A stretch of 64,000 nt of DNA, from the NCBI GenBank assembly GCA_963769605.1, contig CAVYML010000004.1:107312-171311 (forward strand). The letters are read 5' to 3'. Below are positions 9,841-19,604 of the stretch, in pieces. The stretch's first letter is position 1; the number at the start of each line of letters is the position of its first letter. The translations under genes were made by a program, and so were the position numbers. Below the pieces are notes generated by a model. That model was not told the DNA's origin. It did no database searches and worked only from the letters and a program-made list of their open reading frames with translations. The DNA is from Ignavibacteriota bacterium. GTDB lineage: Bacteria > Bacteroidota > Ignavibacteria > UBA10030.

Positions 9841-11487
9841 TTACCCGCTTATAAAAACCACCTGATGTTTGAACTTATTTATTTCTATTTCTTGATGCAG
9901 CCACCGCACAAATTCCAGACCGTATTTATTTAAGAAATAGATCAAATTAATTTTCCGTTCCTGCAGGCTGGAGAGCGGAAAAATACAGTCGGAAACGCGA
10001 TCTATTTGACGCAGAGCTGTCTGGTTCTGACGTGCCTGAGCCGCGACGGTTTTTTCCTTCAGGACGGAAAGATTTCCGGCCATTTTTGATAGTGTATTTT
10101 CAAGTGCCGGAATTAACGTTGGATCGATTTTTTCCAGACCGCTCCGTAAACTATTGAGCGATTCTTCGATTGTACCGGCAGTGTCGGTAAAGAGCGGCTC
10201 TATCTTGAAATCTGAAATCTGTTCGACTATATACTGCTTAACCAATTCTTTTTCTTGAAAGATCTGCAAAAAATTCAAATCGAATTTATCGATGATCTTT
10301 TGAACTCGTTCTTCAATGATGGTTAGGCTCGCACGCGGATAGATAAGAGGTTCCGGAATGTCAAAATATTCGTACAGAAGCTTGAACTGTGCGAAATATG
10401 CTATCTCTGCAGGTCCTGCAACATATGAAATTGTCGGCAAAAGGAAGTCCTGGCAAATCGGCCGCAAGACGACATTGGGACTAAAAGCTTCGGGAGATTG
10501 TTCCAAAAGATTGAGAATTTCTTCCGTTGTAAAATACTGACGCGCGCCTTTCAAGGCAAATCCATCGGGATGAGGCTCTATGCCGAAACGGCCTCCGGGT
10601 TGATGGAGAAAAAGATTGACCGAACGCGGCTTGACCTGAGCATGGTATTTTTGTTCAAGCCGCTCACTCTCGGAAATAACGAGCCGGCAGCTTTTCGAAA
10701 TGTTCGTCAATTCCCGCTTAAAGATGGGAGAAAGAAGCTGCTTTATTTCGGGCGTGTTCGGATCCAGAAAAATCAGGCCGGAATTTTCGAGAAGAACATT
10801 TAAAAGAGAAACAAAAGCTCTGCTGAGCGTTGTACCGGGGCGGTATGCAGAACGGAAGAGTTCAAGAACCCCCGATGTAAACTCAGTCGGCAATAATTCG
10901 GATTGGAGATGCTGAAATACTTGCTCGATGGACTCCGTTAACGGAAGATGTCCCACTGATCCGAGATTACGTGAAACATTTTTTACTTCTTCTTCATATG
11001 TCAGTGTCACGATATCGTTGGAAGCATTGAGAATATTTATCGATGCTATTTCTTCAAAGTCGTGATCTTCTGTCTCTAACCAGAATACCGGAACGAAGCG
11101 ATATTCTGGGAAATCAACAGAAAGCTTCGCTGCCAGTTTGAGAGCCGCAATAGCTTTATAAATGGTATAGAGAGGGCCGCTGAAAAGTCCTACCTGTTGA
11201 CCGGTTACAACTGCAAAGGTGTTGTCGTTCATCAGCATATCGATATTCGCAAGCGTCTGAACGCCGCATTGAAAATCCCTGTTCTGGCGGGAGAGAATCT
11301 GTACAAGTTTCGATCGATCATGACTGTGCGCGCTAACCCGCTGGATTGCTGCATTCCAGTCTTTCCGTTCCTGAAAATTACCGCTGAAAAAAGTTTGCAG
11401 CGAAGCAAAATTCGTGATATAATCGAGAAAAAGCTTCGAAAATCCTGCTTCTTCTGATGAAAAATCGTCAAAGGGAATCCAATTCAT
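9841..11487 (-). CDS. bshC: Bacillithiol biosynthesis cysteine-adding enzyme BshC-like
   Basis: 548 aa, the size of the BshC family. N-terminus F..LFLDYI, internal YVAGPAEIAYFAQ and a C-terminal coiled region resemble BshC as I recall it. No database check was possible. Confidence 0.65.
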   Translation of the reverse strand: MNWIPFDDFSSEEAGFSKLFLDYITNFASLQTFFSGNFQERKDWNAAIQRVSAHSHDRSKLVQILSRQNRDFQCGVQTLANIDMLMNDNTFAVVTGQQVGLFSGPLYTIYKAIAALKLAAKLSVDFPEYRFVPVFWLETEDHDFEEIASINILNASNDIVTLTYEEEVKNVSRNLGSVGHLPLTESIEQVFQHLQSELLPTEFTSGVLELFRSAYRPGTTLSRAFVSLLNVLLENSGLIFLDPNTPEIKQLLSPIFKRELTNISKSCRLVISESERLEQKYHAQVKPRSVNLFLHQPGGRFGIEPHPDGFALKGARQYFTTEEILNLLEQSPEAFSPNVVLRPICQDFLLPTISYVAGPAEIAYFAQFKLLYEYFDIPEPLIYPRASLTIIEERVQKIIDKFDLNFLQIFQEKELVKQYIVEQISDFKIEPLFTDTAGTIEESLNSLRSGLEKIDPTLIPALENTLSKMAGNLSVLKEKTVAAQARQNQTALRQIDRVSDCIFPLSSLQERKINLIYFLNKYGLEFVRWLHQEIEINKFKHQVVFISG

Positions 11488-11499
11488 TAGTTTCTCAAA

Positions 11500-12330
11500 T
11501 TATGGAAGAGAAGTTAAAATAGCTTTCATTAATAAAACAAATTTTTCTTCAATACGGTTCGCGGTTTCCGTCACTTCGTTGTGGGATAATTTCAATTGCG
11601 AAATTCCGGTTGCGAGATTGGATATGAGCGAGATCGCGGCAGTCTTCATTCCAAGCTGTCGTGCGGATAAAATCTCCGGAACAGTCGACATGCCGACAGC
11701 ATCAGCGCCAAGAGTCTTGAGCATTTGGATTTCGGCAGCCGTTTCATAAGAGGGCCCCTTAAGCCAGCAGTATATGCCTTCTTGCAAGTGGATGCCGGAA
11801 TTGAAAGCGCATCGGCGAACGATGCTTTGCAAACCTGCATCAAAAAAATCAGGAGACGCAGCAGCATAAATATCCCGGATTTCAATGCGGGAGATAATTC
11901 GGAGAAAGGCAAGATTGATTGTATCACGAATCAACATAAGATCACCGTTCTTAAAATTTCTATTGATACCTCCGGCTGCATTAGTAACAAAGAGAGAGCG
12001 CACGCCAATTTTCCGGGCAAGATGAACAGGAAAGATGACCTTGTTGATGTCGCCGGATTCGTAAAAATGATTGCGCCCTTTGAAAATAAGCAGTGGAGGA
12101 GAGGTCTTTTCACCGTTTTGAAGAAATCCAAAAATGAGATCTCCTGCATGACCCGGGACAGATGAAACGGGATAATATGGAATATCATCTGCCGAGAGAA
12201 CGATTTCCGGCTGCATACAATCCGCCAGATTTCCGAGACCGGAGCCAAGAATAACGGCAACCGAAGGTCGAAAGGATGTTCGTGCCCGGATAAAATCGAC
12301 TGCAGACTGTAGTTCCTGATTGTTAATCAT
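11500..12330 (-). CDS. punA: Purine nucleoside phosphorylase (PunA/PNP-I type)
   Basis: Motifs VILGSGLG, GRNHFYE, TNAAGGIN and GPSYETAAEI..LGADAVGMSTVPE. The ORF-track start at 12390 reads through a palindromic repeat, so I prefer the ATG at 12330 (MINNQELQ). Confidence 0.85.
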   Translation of the reverse strand: MINNQELQSAVDFIRARTSFRPSVAVILGSGLGNLADCMQPEIVLSADDIPYYPVSSVPGHAGDLIFGFLQNGEKTSPPLLIFKGRNHFYESGDINKVIFPVHLARKIGVRSLFVTNAAGGINRNFKNGDLMLIRDTINLAFLRIISRIEIRDIYAAASPDFFDAGLQSIVRRCAFNSGIHLQEGIYCWLKGPSYETAAEIQMLKTLGADAVGMSTVPEILSARQLGMKTAAISLISNLATGISQLKLSHNEVTETANRIEEKFVLLMKAILTSLP

Positions 12331-12421
12331 ACCTTTTTTATTCTCTTCTGTAGCCGACACCGGTGGTGTCGGATGTGCTTCCGCGGTCACCGTCCGTGGC
12401 TACCATGCAATGTCGTACTCT

Positions 12422-12480
12422 CTACGACGACCTCCCGATAATATTTAACAATATTCTCGGGACAAGCTGTCGCGGCTACA
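12422..12480 (-). repeat. 59-bp palindromic element, family R1 (reverse orientation)
   Basis: The reverse complement matches the copies at 29424, 30745, 30822 and 35796: TGTAGCCGCGAC..CCCGAGAATATTG.TAAATATTATCGGGAGGTCGTCG. Confidence 0.85.
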
Positions 12481-12532
12481 ATTTTAACCTGATATAATTC
12501 TGAAAATGAAATTACACGACAGCGCACATAAA

Positions 12533-12566
12533 AACTACGAACCACGAACGAAGAACTACGAACTTA
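12533..12566. repeat. Heptamer array GAAC[TC]A[AC]-type, single arm
   Basis: aactac gaaccac gaacgaa gaactac gaactta, read directly. Confidence 0.8.
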
Positions 12567-12579
12567 TATCGTCGTTTTT

Positions 12580-13167
12580 TTATTCTTTCGGTGGTTGATG
12601 GCATTTACGGCACCGAGCCTCATAAATATCCTTAGCTCCGACAACTACACGATCTTGTGATGCACTTTTTCGTTGTGTTCTATCGGCCGGATTGCCGCAA
12701 ATAACGCAAATAGCGAGTGTTTTCGTAATATACTCCGCAATAGCTAAAAGCTGAGGCATCGGATCGAACGGCTTGCCGCGATAATCCTGATCAAGTCCGG
12801 CTACAATCACTCTTTTGCCCTGAAAAGCGAGCTTTTCGCAGACTTCAACAAGGTTTTGCTTAAAGAACTGTCCCTCATCAATGCCGATAACCTGGGCATC
12901 ATCCATAAAAGAAAAAATCTCTTCCGCGTCTTCAATAACCTTTGCCATAAGCGATTGGTCGCTGTGCGTGACAATATTAACTGAACTGTAACGATTGTCG
13001 ACTTTTGGCTTAAAGACGGCGACTTTTTGTTTCGCTATCTGTGCACGCCGCAGGCGCCTGATAAGCTCTTCAGTCTTCCCGCTGAACATGCAACCGCAAA
13101 CAACTTCAATCCAACCTGTATTAAGGGGAACATGATGCAATGAGGAAGTATCCATAAAAAATTTCAA
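12580..13167 (-). CDS. tdk: Thymidine kinase
   Basis: P-loop [14 protein letters not shown] and a C-terminal zinc ribbon (CVICGNPA...CRKCH). Confidence 0.9.
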   Translation of the reverse strand: MKFFMDTSSLHHVPLNTGWIEVVCGCMFSGKTEELIRRLRRAQIAKQKVAVFKPKVDNRYSSVNIVTHSDQSLMAKVIEDAEEIFSFMDDAQVIGIDEGQFFKQNLVEVCEKLAFQGKRVIVAGLDQDYRGKPFDPMPQLLAIAEYITKTLAICVICGNPADRTQRKSASQDRVVVGAKDIYEARCRKCHQPPKE

Positions 13168-13249
13168 ATTTCAGATTGAAAATTGCAGATTTCCGTTTAT
13201 TGTCATTTTGTTATTGAGTTATAGAGTCGTTCTATTCGCATTTCACACT

Positions 13250-13675
13250 TTAATGTTCAAGATTTACTATCGAAAAAGCTAATGGTAAAAGCAATTTAAG
13301 TTTGGTTGTTTTGATCTTATCCATAGAATCGATCATGATGCAGTCGATATTTCCAGTTATATCCATAAGAACCTGCCTGCACGCACCGCAGGGAGGAGTA
13401 AAACCTGGTCCATCGGAAGCAACGGCAATTGCTAAAAAGGATCTTTCCCCTTCCGAGACTGCTTTAAAAAGGGCTGTTCTTTCCGCACAGATGGTCAGAC
13501 TATAAGAGCTGCTCTCAACATTACATCCTGTAAATATTTTTCCGGACTTCGTCAAAAGAGCAGATCCGACACCAAATTTCGAATACGGCGCGTAAGCATT
13601 CAAACGGGCTTCCCGTGCCTTCAAGGCCAATTCGCGATAGATTTGTTTCATAAATATAGTTCTATTCTTGATCAA
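13250..13675 (-). CDS. cdd: Cytidine deaminase
   Basis: Zinc motifs CAERTALFKAV and PCGACRQVLMD. The true start may be the internal Met at 13651. Confidence 0.88.
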   Translation of the reverse strand: MIKNRTIFMKQIYRELALKAREARLNAYAPYSKFGVGSALLTKSGKIFTGCNVESSSYSLTICAERTALFKAVSEGERSFLAIAVASDGPGFTPPCGACRQVLMDITGNIDCIMIDSMDKIKTTKLKLLLPLAFSIVNLEH

Positions 13676-13730
13676 GACAATATAGATAAGTTTATAGCTA
13701 TAAGCAATTTAGCAGTAAATAGTAAAAAAA

Positions 13731-13840
13731 TTCTTAGTGTGTAGTTAGTGCGTAGTGCGGAGTTCGTGGTTCGTGGTTAAAGAACTAAGAACCAAAAACC
13801 AAGAACCAAGAACCAAGAACTACAAACTAAGAACTAAGAA
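13731..13840. repeat. Inverted heptamer arrays (ttcttag/tgtgtag... arm and gaactaa/gaaccaa... arm)
   Basis: Left arm 13731-13788, right arm 13789-13840. ttcttagtgtgtagtt is a near-complement of aactacaaactaagaa. Confidence 0.85.
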
Positions 13841-15490
13841 TTAACCCTCGACCCAGAACGGATTTGTCAGGCAAAAATGCGATTTTTTATCGCACGAGTC
13901 CAGCGAATCTGTCCAAACTTCTGCTCGAATATATGAACTGCGATCCGCTGAAAACTCAAAATTTTTCTTAAAACTGTATTCGTTCGCTGAATTAGTAGAG
14001 AAAATTACCTTTTCGAAATCATTGCCTATCGCACCGGCCAGAATTGTAATATTCTTAAGCCTTCCATATTCAGAGGTGGAAACAGCCGTCAATGAAAAAT
14101 TCTTCATTTCGCCGGGGAAGCTAAATCCGATAATTGACGTTTCGCTGTTTTCTTTCGTAAGATTTGCAGCCGGACCGTCTGTGGCAATTGAATGGCCGTT
14201 TTTCAAAGCTGTGAGTATAGCTTTTTGAGTGAATTCGGTCGTGTAAATGCCTGTTCTCATCTTTCCAAAAAGCTGATCTCCATGTTCACGGATCAGGAAA
14301 AAGGGAATTCCAATTTGACGAAATCTATTGAAATTTCCATGGGCATCATTTCCGGCACACAAAAACATCTTCTTACCGGAGAGAAGCTGCTCTTTCCAAA
14401 ACGTATATCCTTCGTGGAATCCATGCGTTAGCGCCCCATTGATAAATTGAATTCCTTCTAATCGGTCATCTTCAAAATCGTTTTTTCCCCATCTCCCGCG
14501 TCTAAGAAGAAGTCTTTGAAGCATAGAGATCGGTTCAAAAGGGTGAGCTGCTATCGATACGCTCTCTGCCTCTTTTATGTCAAGAACATCGCTAATAGAA
14601 TGTTCGCTTCTTGTTTTAAGCCATCGTTCGGCGCTGTCTCCGCTTCCCTGAAGGAACCGTTCGTTGTTGAGAAGAAGGAAATGCACGTTTTGGCCCAAGC
14701 GGTTCCGGCAGCTTACTTCTTCCCCTTTAATTATAATGAATTCTCCGGTCTGTTCATTCAGATGTTTAACCTCGTCATCGAGCGCTTTCCATTTCGGGAA
14801 AGTGCCGTCAAACTCCAAATAATTGTCTAACGAATCGTCTAAATCGTAGGAATGATCGGTCACACAGAAAAAAGAGAGTCCCATTGCTTTGCCTAACTCG
14901 ATAGAAGCTCCCAGCGGTGAGCCGTATTCTACCTGATCACTTGTGTAATTCGAATGTGAATGAATTTCCCCCAAAAAGAGATTGTCAAATTGTGGAAGTT
15001 TTTTGTCCGAGATATAGGTACAAAGCGGTTTATGGCTGGAAGTGCGATAATTGTCGTTATGATATTTTTTAAACTTTCCGTTCCGGCGAATGGTAAACTC
15101 AACATCGCTTTCTAAAAAGCCGTGGAAACCTATCACCGGGACGCGGTATATCCGCCACCAAAACCTATCCGTCAGAGAAAACACGCCGGAAAAAAGGACG
15201 ATTCGTTCAGATGAAAAATCGTCTCGCAGCGTAATGGCAATTTCCGTCAGTTCACACGGATAGCGATCTGCGTCCTTTACAAAAAACAGAATCGGAAGAG
15301 AGTCGTGCGGATCGAGCCTGTGCGGCGCATCGGTAATAATTTCAGGTTCCCGCTTGTTCAGAAAACTGAAGAAGTATTTAAAACGATAATGGGTTTCGGC
15401 GTAAAGAACTATGGGAAGAAAAATAAATCCCAGAAATTTCACTAAAAATCGCAACGTTCCGAAGATCGTTAAAAAGTGCGTCCCTTCCAT
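13841..15490 (-). CDS. Membrane-anchored PHP-domain (polymerase/histidinol-phosphatase fold) metallo-phosphoesterase, function unknown
   Basis: 549 aa with a hydrophobic N-terminus and PHP metal motifs (GEIHSHSNYTSD, FCVTDHSYD, AGNDAHG). Last gene of the GT2 operon, overlapping the upstream gene by 22 nt. Confidence 0.65.
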   Translation of the reverse strand: MEGTHFLTIFGTLRFLVKFLGFIFLPIVLYAETHYRFKYFFSFLNKREPEIITDAPHRLDPHDSLPILFFVKDADRYPCELTEIAITLRDDFSSERIVLFSGVFSLTDRFWWRIYRVPVIGFHGFLESDVEFTIRRNGKFKKYHNDNYRTSSHKPLCTYISDKKLPQFDNLFLGEIHSHSNYTSDQVEYGSPLGASIELGKAMGLSFFCVTDHSYDLDDSLDNYLEFDGTFPKWKALDDEVKHLNEQTGEFIIIKGEEVSCRNRLGQNVHFLLLNNERFLQGSGDSAERWLKTRSEHSISDVLDIKEAESVSIAAHPFEPISMLQRLLLRRGRWGKNDFEDDRLEGIQFINGALTHGFHEGYTFWKEQLLSGKKMFLCAGNDAHGNFNRFRQIGIPFFLIREHGDQLFGKMRTGIYTTEFTQKAILTALKNGHSIATDGPAANLTKENSETSIIGFSFPGEMKNFSLTAVSTSEYGRLKNITILAGAIGNDFEKVIFSTNSANEYSFKKNFEFSADRSSYIRAEVWTDSLDSCDKKSHFCLTNPFWVEG

Positions 15491-16560
15491 TGAACCTTTC
15501 CGCCGAAAAAAACGAGAAATGGGAGAAGAATGACATAGAGTATAAAATAAATCTCAAAATAGTAAAACCATTTCAGCTCGGAAATGCGTTCCACACGTTT
15601 CAGAAAGCGATAGAGGAAAATGTAATCGAAAATAAATTTAACCAAAAGCATGGAAGCGGAAAGAACAACACTACCCCAGTACAGCATAACAAACGGAGAA
15701 ACATGCATGCAAAATCCGATGACCATAATAAAAAAGCCGGAAATTTTCATATCGAGAGCGCCTTTTCCCCAGCGCTGTTTTTGACGGAGAAGTGTTTTCC
15801 AATCGGAACATGGTTTGCTTTCCACCATCGTTTTCGGATCGATGGGATAAATATAATCCCATCGGCAGGAATCAATAATAGCCTGAACGATCGTATAATC
15901 CTCCGTGACACTGAACTTCAGTTTTCGGTAGCCGCCCACATGGTCGTATGCTTTTCTTTTAAACGAGAGATTGTTTCCGATACTGCCGTGCTGATGGCCG
16001 AGACCTGCAGTCGAAGCCGCCATGCCGAGAATAAATGCCCAGTCTAAAGATTGCATGCCTTCAAACCAGTTGGCATTTCTTTGCAGCGTAATTCCGCCGA
16101 TCAGTCCGATATTTCCTTCATAATGCTGAGCAGTGCATTCGATCCAAGTGGATGGCACCGTGCAATCGGCATCTGTAATAAGAATCACCTCACCGTGCGA
16201 GGCCTCGATGCCGCAGGCCAGGGCATTCGGTTTGCCGGGCAGATTTGGATTTTCGGGCGCGGCAATGCAGAGAAGGTTAGGAAACCGCTCCATAAATGCT
16301 TTGCAAATATCCGCAGTGTTATCCGTGGAATTATCGTCGACAACAATCACTTCAAAAAGGTTCGACGGGTACGTTTGCCTAAGGACAGAAGTAAGGCAAT
16401 TCGCGATATTATTTTCTTCATCGCGTGCGGCAATAATGACGGAAACGAAAGGAGATGCATGGCCGGCACGATCCCGTGTCCGGGTCAATCCGTACAAGAA
16501 CAGGAGCACAAGACAGCCATAGCAAATCGTTGCGATAATGAGAAAAAGTTCAAAATTCAT
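15469..16560 (-). CDS. Family 2 glycosyltransferase, integral-membrane processive-synthase type
   Basis: N-terminal TM helix, VSVIIAARDEE, DDNSTDNT, ITDADC, a Q(K)QRW-type motif (LRQKQRWGKG) and C-terminal TM helices. Confidence 0.8.
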   Translation of the reverse strand: MNFELFLIIATICYGCLVLLFLYGLTRTRDRAGHASPFVSVIIAARDEENNIANCLTSVLRQTYPSNLFEVIVVDDNSTDNTADICKAFMERFPNLLCIAAPENPNLPGKPNALACGIEASHGEVILITDADCTVPSTWIECTAQHYEGNIGLIGGITLQRNANWFEGMQSLDWAFILGMAASTAGLGHQHGSIGNNLSFKRKAYDHVGGYRKLKFSVTEDYTIVQAIIDSCRWDYIYPIDPKTMVESKPCSDWKTLLRQKQRWGKGALDMKISGFFIMVIGFCMHVSPFVMLYWGSVVLSASMLLVKFIFDYIFLYRFLKRVERISELKWFYYFEIYFILYVILLPFLVFFGGKVQWKGRTF

Positions 16561-16580
16561 ATTCCAAATCCCATCCGTTA

Positions 16581-16686
16581 TCCTTCATCCTTCATCCTTC
16601 ATCCTTCCCCCCTCCTCCTATCATTCATCCTTCATCATTCATCCTTCATCCTTCATCATTCATCATTCATAATGTTTCATCCTTCT
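16581..16686. repeat. Heptamer array TCATCCT/TCATCAT inside the operon (minus-strand reading ATGAAGG/ATGAATG)
   Basis: Read directly. It fills the gap between the deacetylase stop (16677) and the GT2 start (16560). A CT-rich core (ccccctcctcc) lies in the middle. Confidence 0.85.
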
Positions 16687-17420
16687 AAAGTCGCAAATGT
16701 ATAATGACGTTTTAAAAGCGAATCGAGAAGAGTACGAAGCGTCTGTTCTGCAGATCCGGAAGTAGATTTATTGTCGTGAAAAAGGAGGATGTCTCCTCCT
16801 TTAAAAGTCCGCCCGGCAAGAGATCGATCGAACGTATTTTTCCGGTGAAGATAATCTTTGGAATCAAACGACCAGAGTACCGGCTTTAAAGAACATTGCG
16901 CGGCAATCTTAAGCGTCTCAATGCGAAAATAACCGTACGGCGGCCGAAAAAATTTCGGCGTCGTGAGAGTATATTTTATAATCGCATCATTTGTTTTCAA
17001 TAATTCGTCGTGGGTAACAGCCGCACTGCACCAGAAGAGATTTCTATGCATAAATCCGTGATTTTCCGCGGAATGTCCTTCTTCGGCAATGCGGCGCGCA
17101 AGTTCAGGATATCGTTCGATATGTTCGCCGTTGAGAAAAAAAGCAGCTTTAATACCATACTGCCTGAGTATATCCAGAACAGCAGGAGTCGCTGCAGGAT
17201 GAGGCCCGTCGTCGAATGTCAGATGAATGCTCGGCGATTGCGTTCTGCAAAGAATCGATGGAAACAATCGCTCTATCACTGAAATAGGATATTTCAAGGT
17301 AAATGCCAATGTGTTATTAAATGCCCAGTCTGCATTGTAGCCGCAACCGTTAGTCGATTTAGCGGGAGGTGGTGCGGATCCTCCGACACCACCAAAACGC
17401 CGCCGGCTGCAGAAAAACAA
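16677..17420 (-). CDS. Polysaccharide deacetylase (NodB homology domain, CE4)
   Basis: HLTFDDGPH, then HSAENHGFMH and RPPYGY, which are NodB motifs. The N-terminal start is uncertain. Confidence 0.82.
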   Translation of the reverse strand: MFFCSRRRFGGVGGSAPPPAKSTNGCGYNADWAFNNTLAFTLKYPISVIERLFPSILCRTQSPSIHLTFDDGPHPAATPAVLDILRQYGIKAAFFLNGEHIERYPELARRIAEEGHSAENHGFMHRNLFWCSAAVTHDELLKTNDAIIKYTLTTPKFFRPPYGYFRIETLKIAAQCSLKPVLWSFDSKDYLHRKNTFDRSLAGRTFKGGDILLFHDNKSTSGSAEQTLRTLLDSLLKRHYTFATLEG

Positions 17421-17466
17421 TTTCTGTGATAATCACTCAAAACTCTGTCATACCATGCGAAGAAAT

Positions 17467-18684
17467 TCATTTCACGACTGTATCGTTACGTCCTCTCCAG
17501 CGAAGCGGTGCCAGCTGCCCGATAGCTGCCGCAATGAGAATATACGGAACATGCAGAAGCTCTGCAATGAAAAAATGGAAGACCGGGATGCGCTGTTCCC
17601 AGAGCTTTGCGCCTATGCGCAGGGTCAGGAAATCGACCGCAATTTTTCCTGCATAACCGACCGCGAGAGGCAGCCAGAGCTGCGGTGACCAAAACAGAAG
17701 CGCAGCACAGAACGCCGTACTCAGGAAAAAAAGATACAAACAAAAAAGTTCCAGAAGTATAGTCCAATCGGAATAATGTCCTTTCTTAGCTGCCCAGCGC
17801 AGGCGCTGGCGGAAAAAAGAAGCGGGATCATTGTTCGATTTTGTCGAGACGACGGCCGGATATTCCCATGCAAAATCAATGGAGCCGATATGCCGGCTCA
17901 CCATGATGTTCATCAGCATTTCATCGTCGTTTGCCGCACTGCCGGAACCAAAACCGCCTGCAATAAAAAAAGCATCGCGCCTGTATGCAAGATTGGCGCC
18001 GTTGCAAATAATGGGTCGTTTCGATCCGATCAGTCCCGCTCCGACGCAAATGAGGCCGAGAAATTCGAGTTTTTCCATTTTAGAAAAAAACGACGATCCG
18101 CCTGTTTCCAAAACCGGACCTGCAACCATAACCACGCCTTTTGTAAAATGACGCACCATAGTCAAAGTCCAGTTATTCGAGACCGTGCAATCTGCATCGG
18201 TGGTAAGTATAATTTCGCCTTTTGCTTCTTCGATTCCGCGTGCAAGAGCCGCAGGTTTGCCGCTCCGGTCTGCATCCGCAGAAAGAATTTTAAGATTCCG
18301 AAAAGATTTGCTTAACTCTGAAAGTTTTTGAAATGTTCCGTCCGTCGAATGGTCGTCGATAACGATCACTTCAAAGCGATTCTTCTGATAATTTTGCAGC
18401 AGCAGGGAATGAAGGCACCTGCCGATGTTCCGTTCTTCATTCCGCGCCGCTACGACGATGCTCGCAAAGGGAATTTTTTCTTCAAGAGGCTGCCGGATTA
18501 ATTTTGCGAAGCCAAGCTGAACGCGGGCGAGGAAGAAAAGATAATACAGCGTAAAAAAACAAAGACAGATAAGAGCGATAGTTTCACACACAAAAATATC
18601 CGTTACGGTTGTTTGTTGAATAGTTGACGTGAAGCGCTGAAAAAAGCCGAAAAGTCCATCGACCGGATAAATGGAATGCCGCAA
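17467..18684 (-). CDS. Family 2 glycosyltransferase, integral-membrane processive-synthase type (paralog 2)
   Basis: ASIVVAARNEE, DDHSTDGT, TTDADC, QRLRW and C-terminal TM helices. An alternative GTG start at 18591 would remove the 82-nt overlap with the upstream gene. Confidence 0.8.
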   Translation of the reverse strand: MRHSIYPVDGLFGFFQRFTSTIQQTTVTDIFVCETIALICLCFFTLYYLFFLARVQLGFAKLIRQPLEEKIPFASIVVAARNEERNIGRCLHSLLLQNYQKNRFEVIVIDDHSTDGTFQKLSELSKSFRNLKILSADADRSGKPAALARGIEEAKGEIILTTDADCTVSNNWTLTMVRHFTKGVVMVAGPVLETGGSSFFSKMEKLEFLGLICVGAGLIGSKRPIICNGANLAYRRDAFFIAGGFGSGSAANDDEMLMNIMVSRHIGSIDFAWEYPAVVSTKSNNDPASFFRQRLRWAAKKGHYSDWTILLELFCLYLFFLSTAFCAALLFWSPQLWLPLAVGYAGKIAVDFLTLRIGAKLWEQRIPVFHFFIAELLHVPYILIAAAIGQLAPLRWRGRNDTVVK

Positions 18685-19604
18685 AGCGCCGGCAGAAAAA
18701 CATTGGCAAAGAAAATCAGCAGGGAAACATTGACGGAAGCGTCGTAAGAAACGGCAAAATGGGAAAAAACATACACGGAAGTCAGTTCCCGTACGCCAAG
18801 ATCGCCGATGGAGAACGGCACGAATGATTTAAGAAACAAAACCAGGGATGTTCCCATAAACGCGGCGCCGGGAGATACGGGAACAAATGCATTGAAGAAA
18901 AAATACATCTGCAAACATATTGCGCCCCAGAACAGGAACGCAAAGAGAAGGGAAAACATTTGCCGCCGGCGATTGATGCTGAACATGCCGGCGACGATGC
19001 GTTCAAGCATCGGAAAACGGGAAATATATCTGGAAAAAATAAAACGGGAATTGCCGAAAATCGCAAAAGCGAAAAGGCTCAGGAGCAAAAGGAGAAAAGA
19101 AAGCGCTGCCGCAGCCGTACTGCCGGGGAATAACACAGGCGCCAGACACAGAGCGCCGGTCATGCAAAAAACCAGAAGCGTCTGAATACGATCGAGGAAT
19201 GTCAATCCGATGACCATGGATTTTTTTGTCTCGGTCAGGTGCAGCGTGCGGCCTGCAAAATCGCCGATTTCTGCCGGAGTGAACGATCCGATTGTAATAC
19301 CGAGCATAACGGATCGGATGGTCTCAAGCCACGATGGGTGTTCCTTTATCGAACGGAGCAGAATGTTCCATCGGATGATGCGGATACCGAGATTAACCGG
19401 AACAAGAGCAAATCCGGCGAGAAGAAACCGGATATCGGCAGCAGCAAAAAGACGAACGATGGAATGCACATCGACAAGCCTAAAAACAAAATACAATGCT
19501 ATAGCAGCAAAAAATAATTTGCTCGCAAATACAATCCACGGATGTGTTATAAAGCTCCGGCACCGTTCTGTAAATGCTGAAATTTTCATTTTGATGCTTT
19601 CCAT
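18603..19604 (-). CDS. UPF0104 / lysylphosphatidylglycerol-synthase-TM-like (flippase-like) membrane protein
   Basis: 333 aa, polytopic and hydrophobic, with the family-typical N-proximal R..RW..LL motif (RIIRWNILLRS). Confidence 0.6.
   Translation of the reverse strand: MESIKMKISAFTERCRSFITHPWIVFASKLFFAAIALYFVFRLVDVHSIVRLFAAADIRFLLAGFALVPVNLGIRIIRWNILLRSIKEHPSWLETIRSVMLGITIGSFTPAEIGDFAGRTLHLTETKKSMVIGLTFLDRIQTLLVFCMTGALCLAPVLFPGSTAAAALSFLLLLLSLFAFAIFGNSRFIFSRYISRFPMLERIVAGMFSINRRRQMFSLLFAFLFWGAICLQMYFFFNAFVPVSPGAAFMGTSLVLFLKSFVPFSIGDLGVRELTSVYVFSHFAVSYDASVNVSLLIFFANVFLPALCGIPFIRSMDFSAFFSASRQLFNKQP

Noticed and set aside
16051-16704. 217-aa + strand ORF ending in HPSPLLLSFILHHSSFILHHSSF
   Set aside because: It is antisense to a well-supported GT2 gene, and its C-terminus is simply the translated TCATCCT heptamer array.
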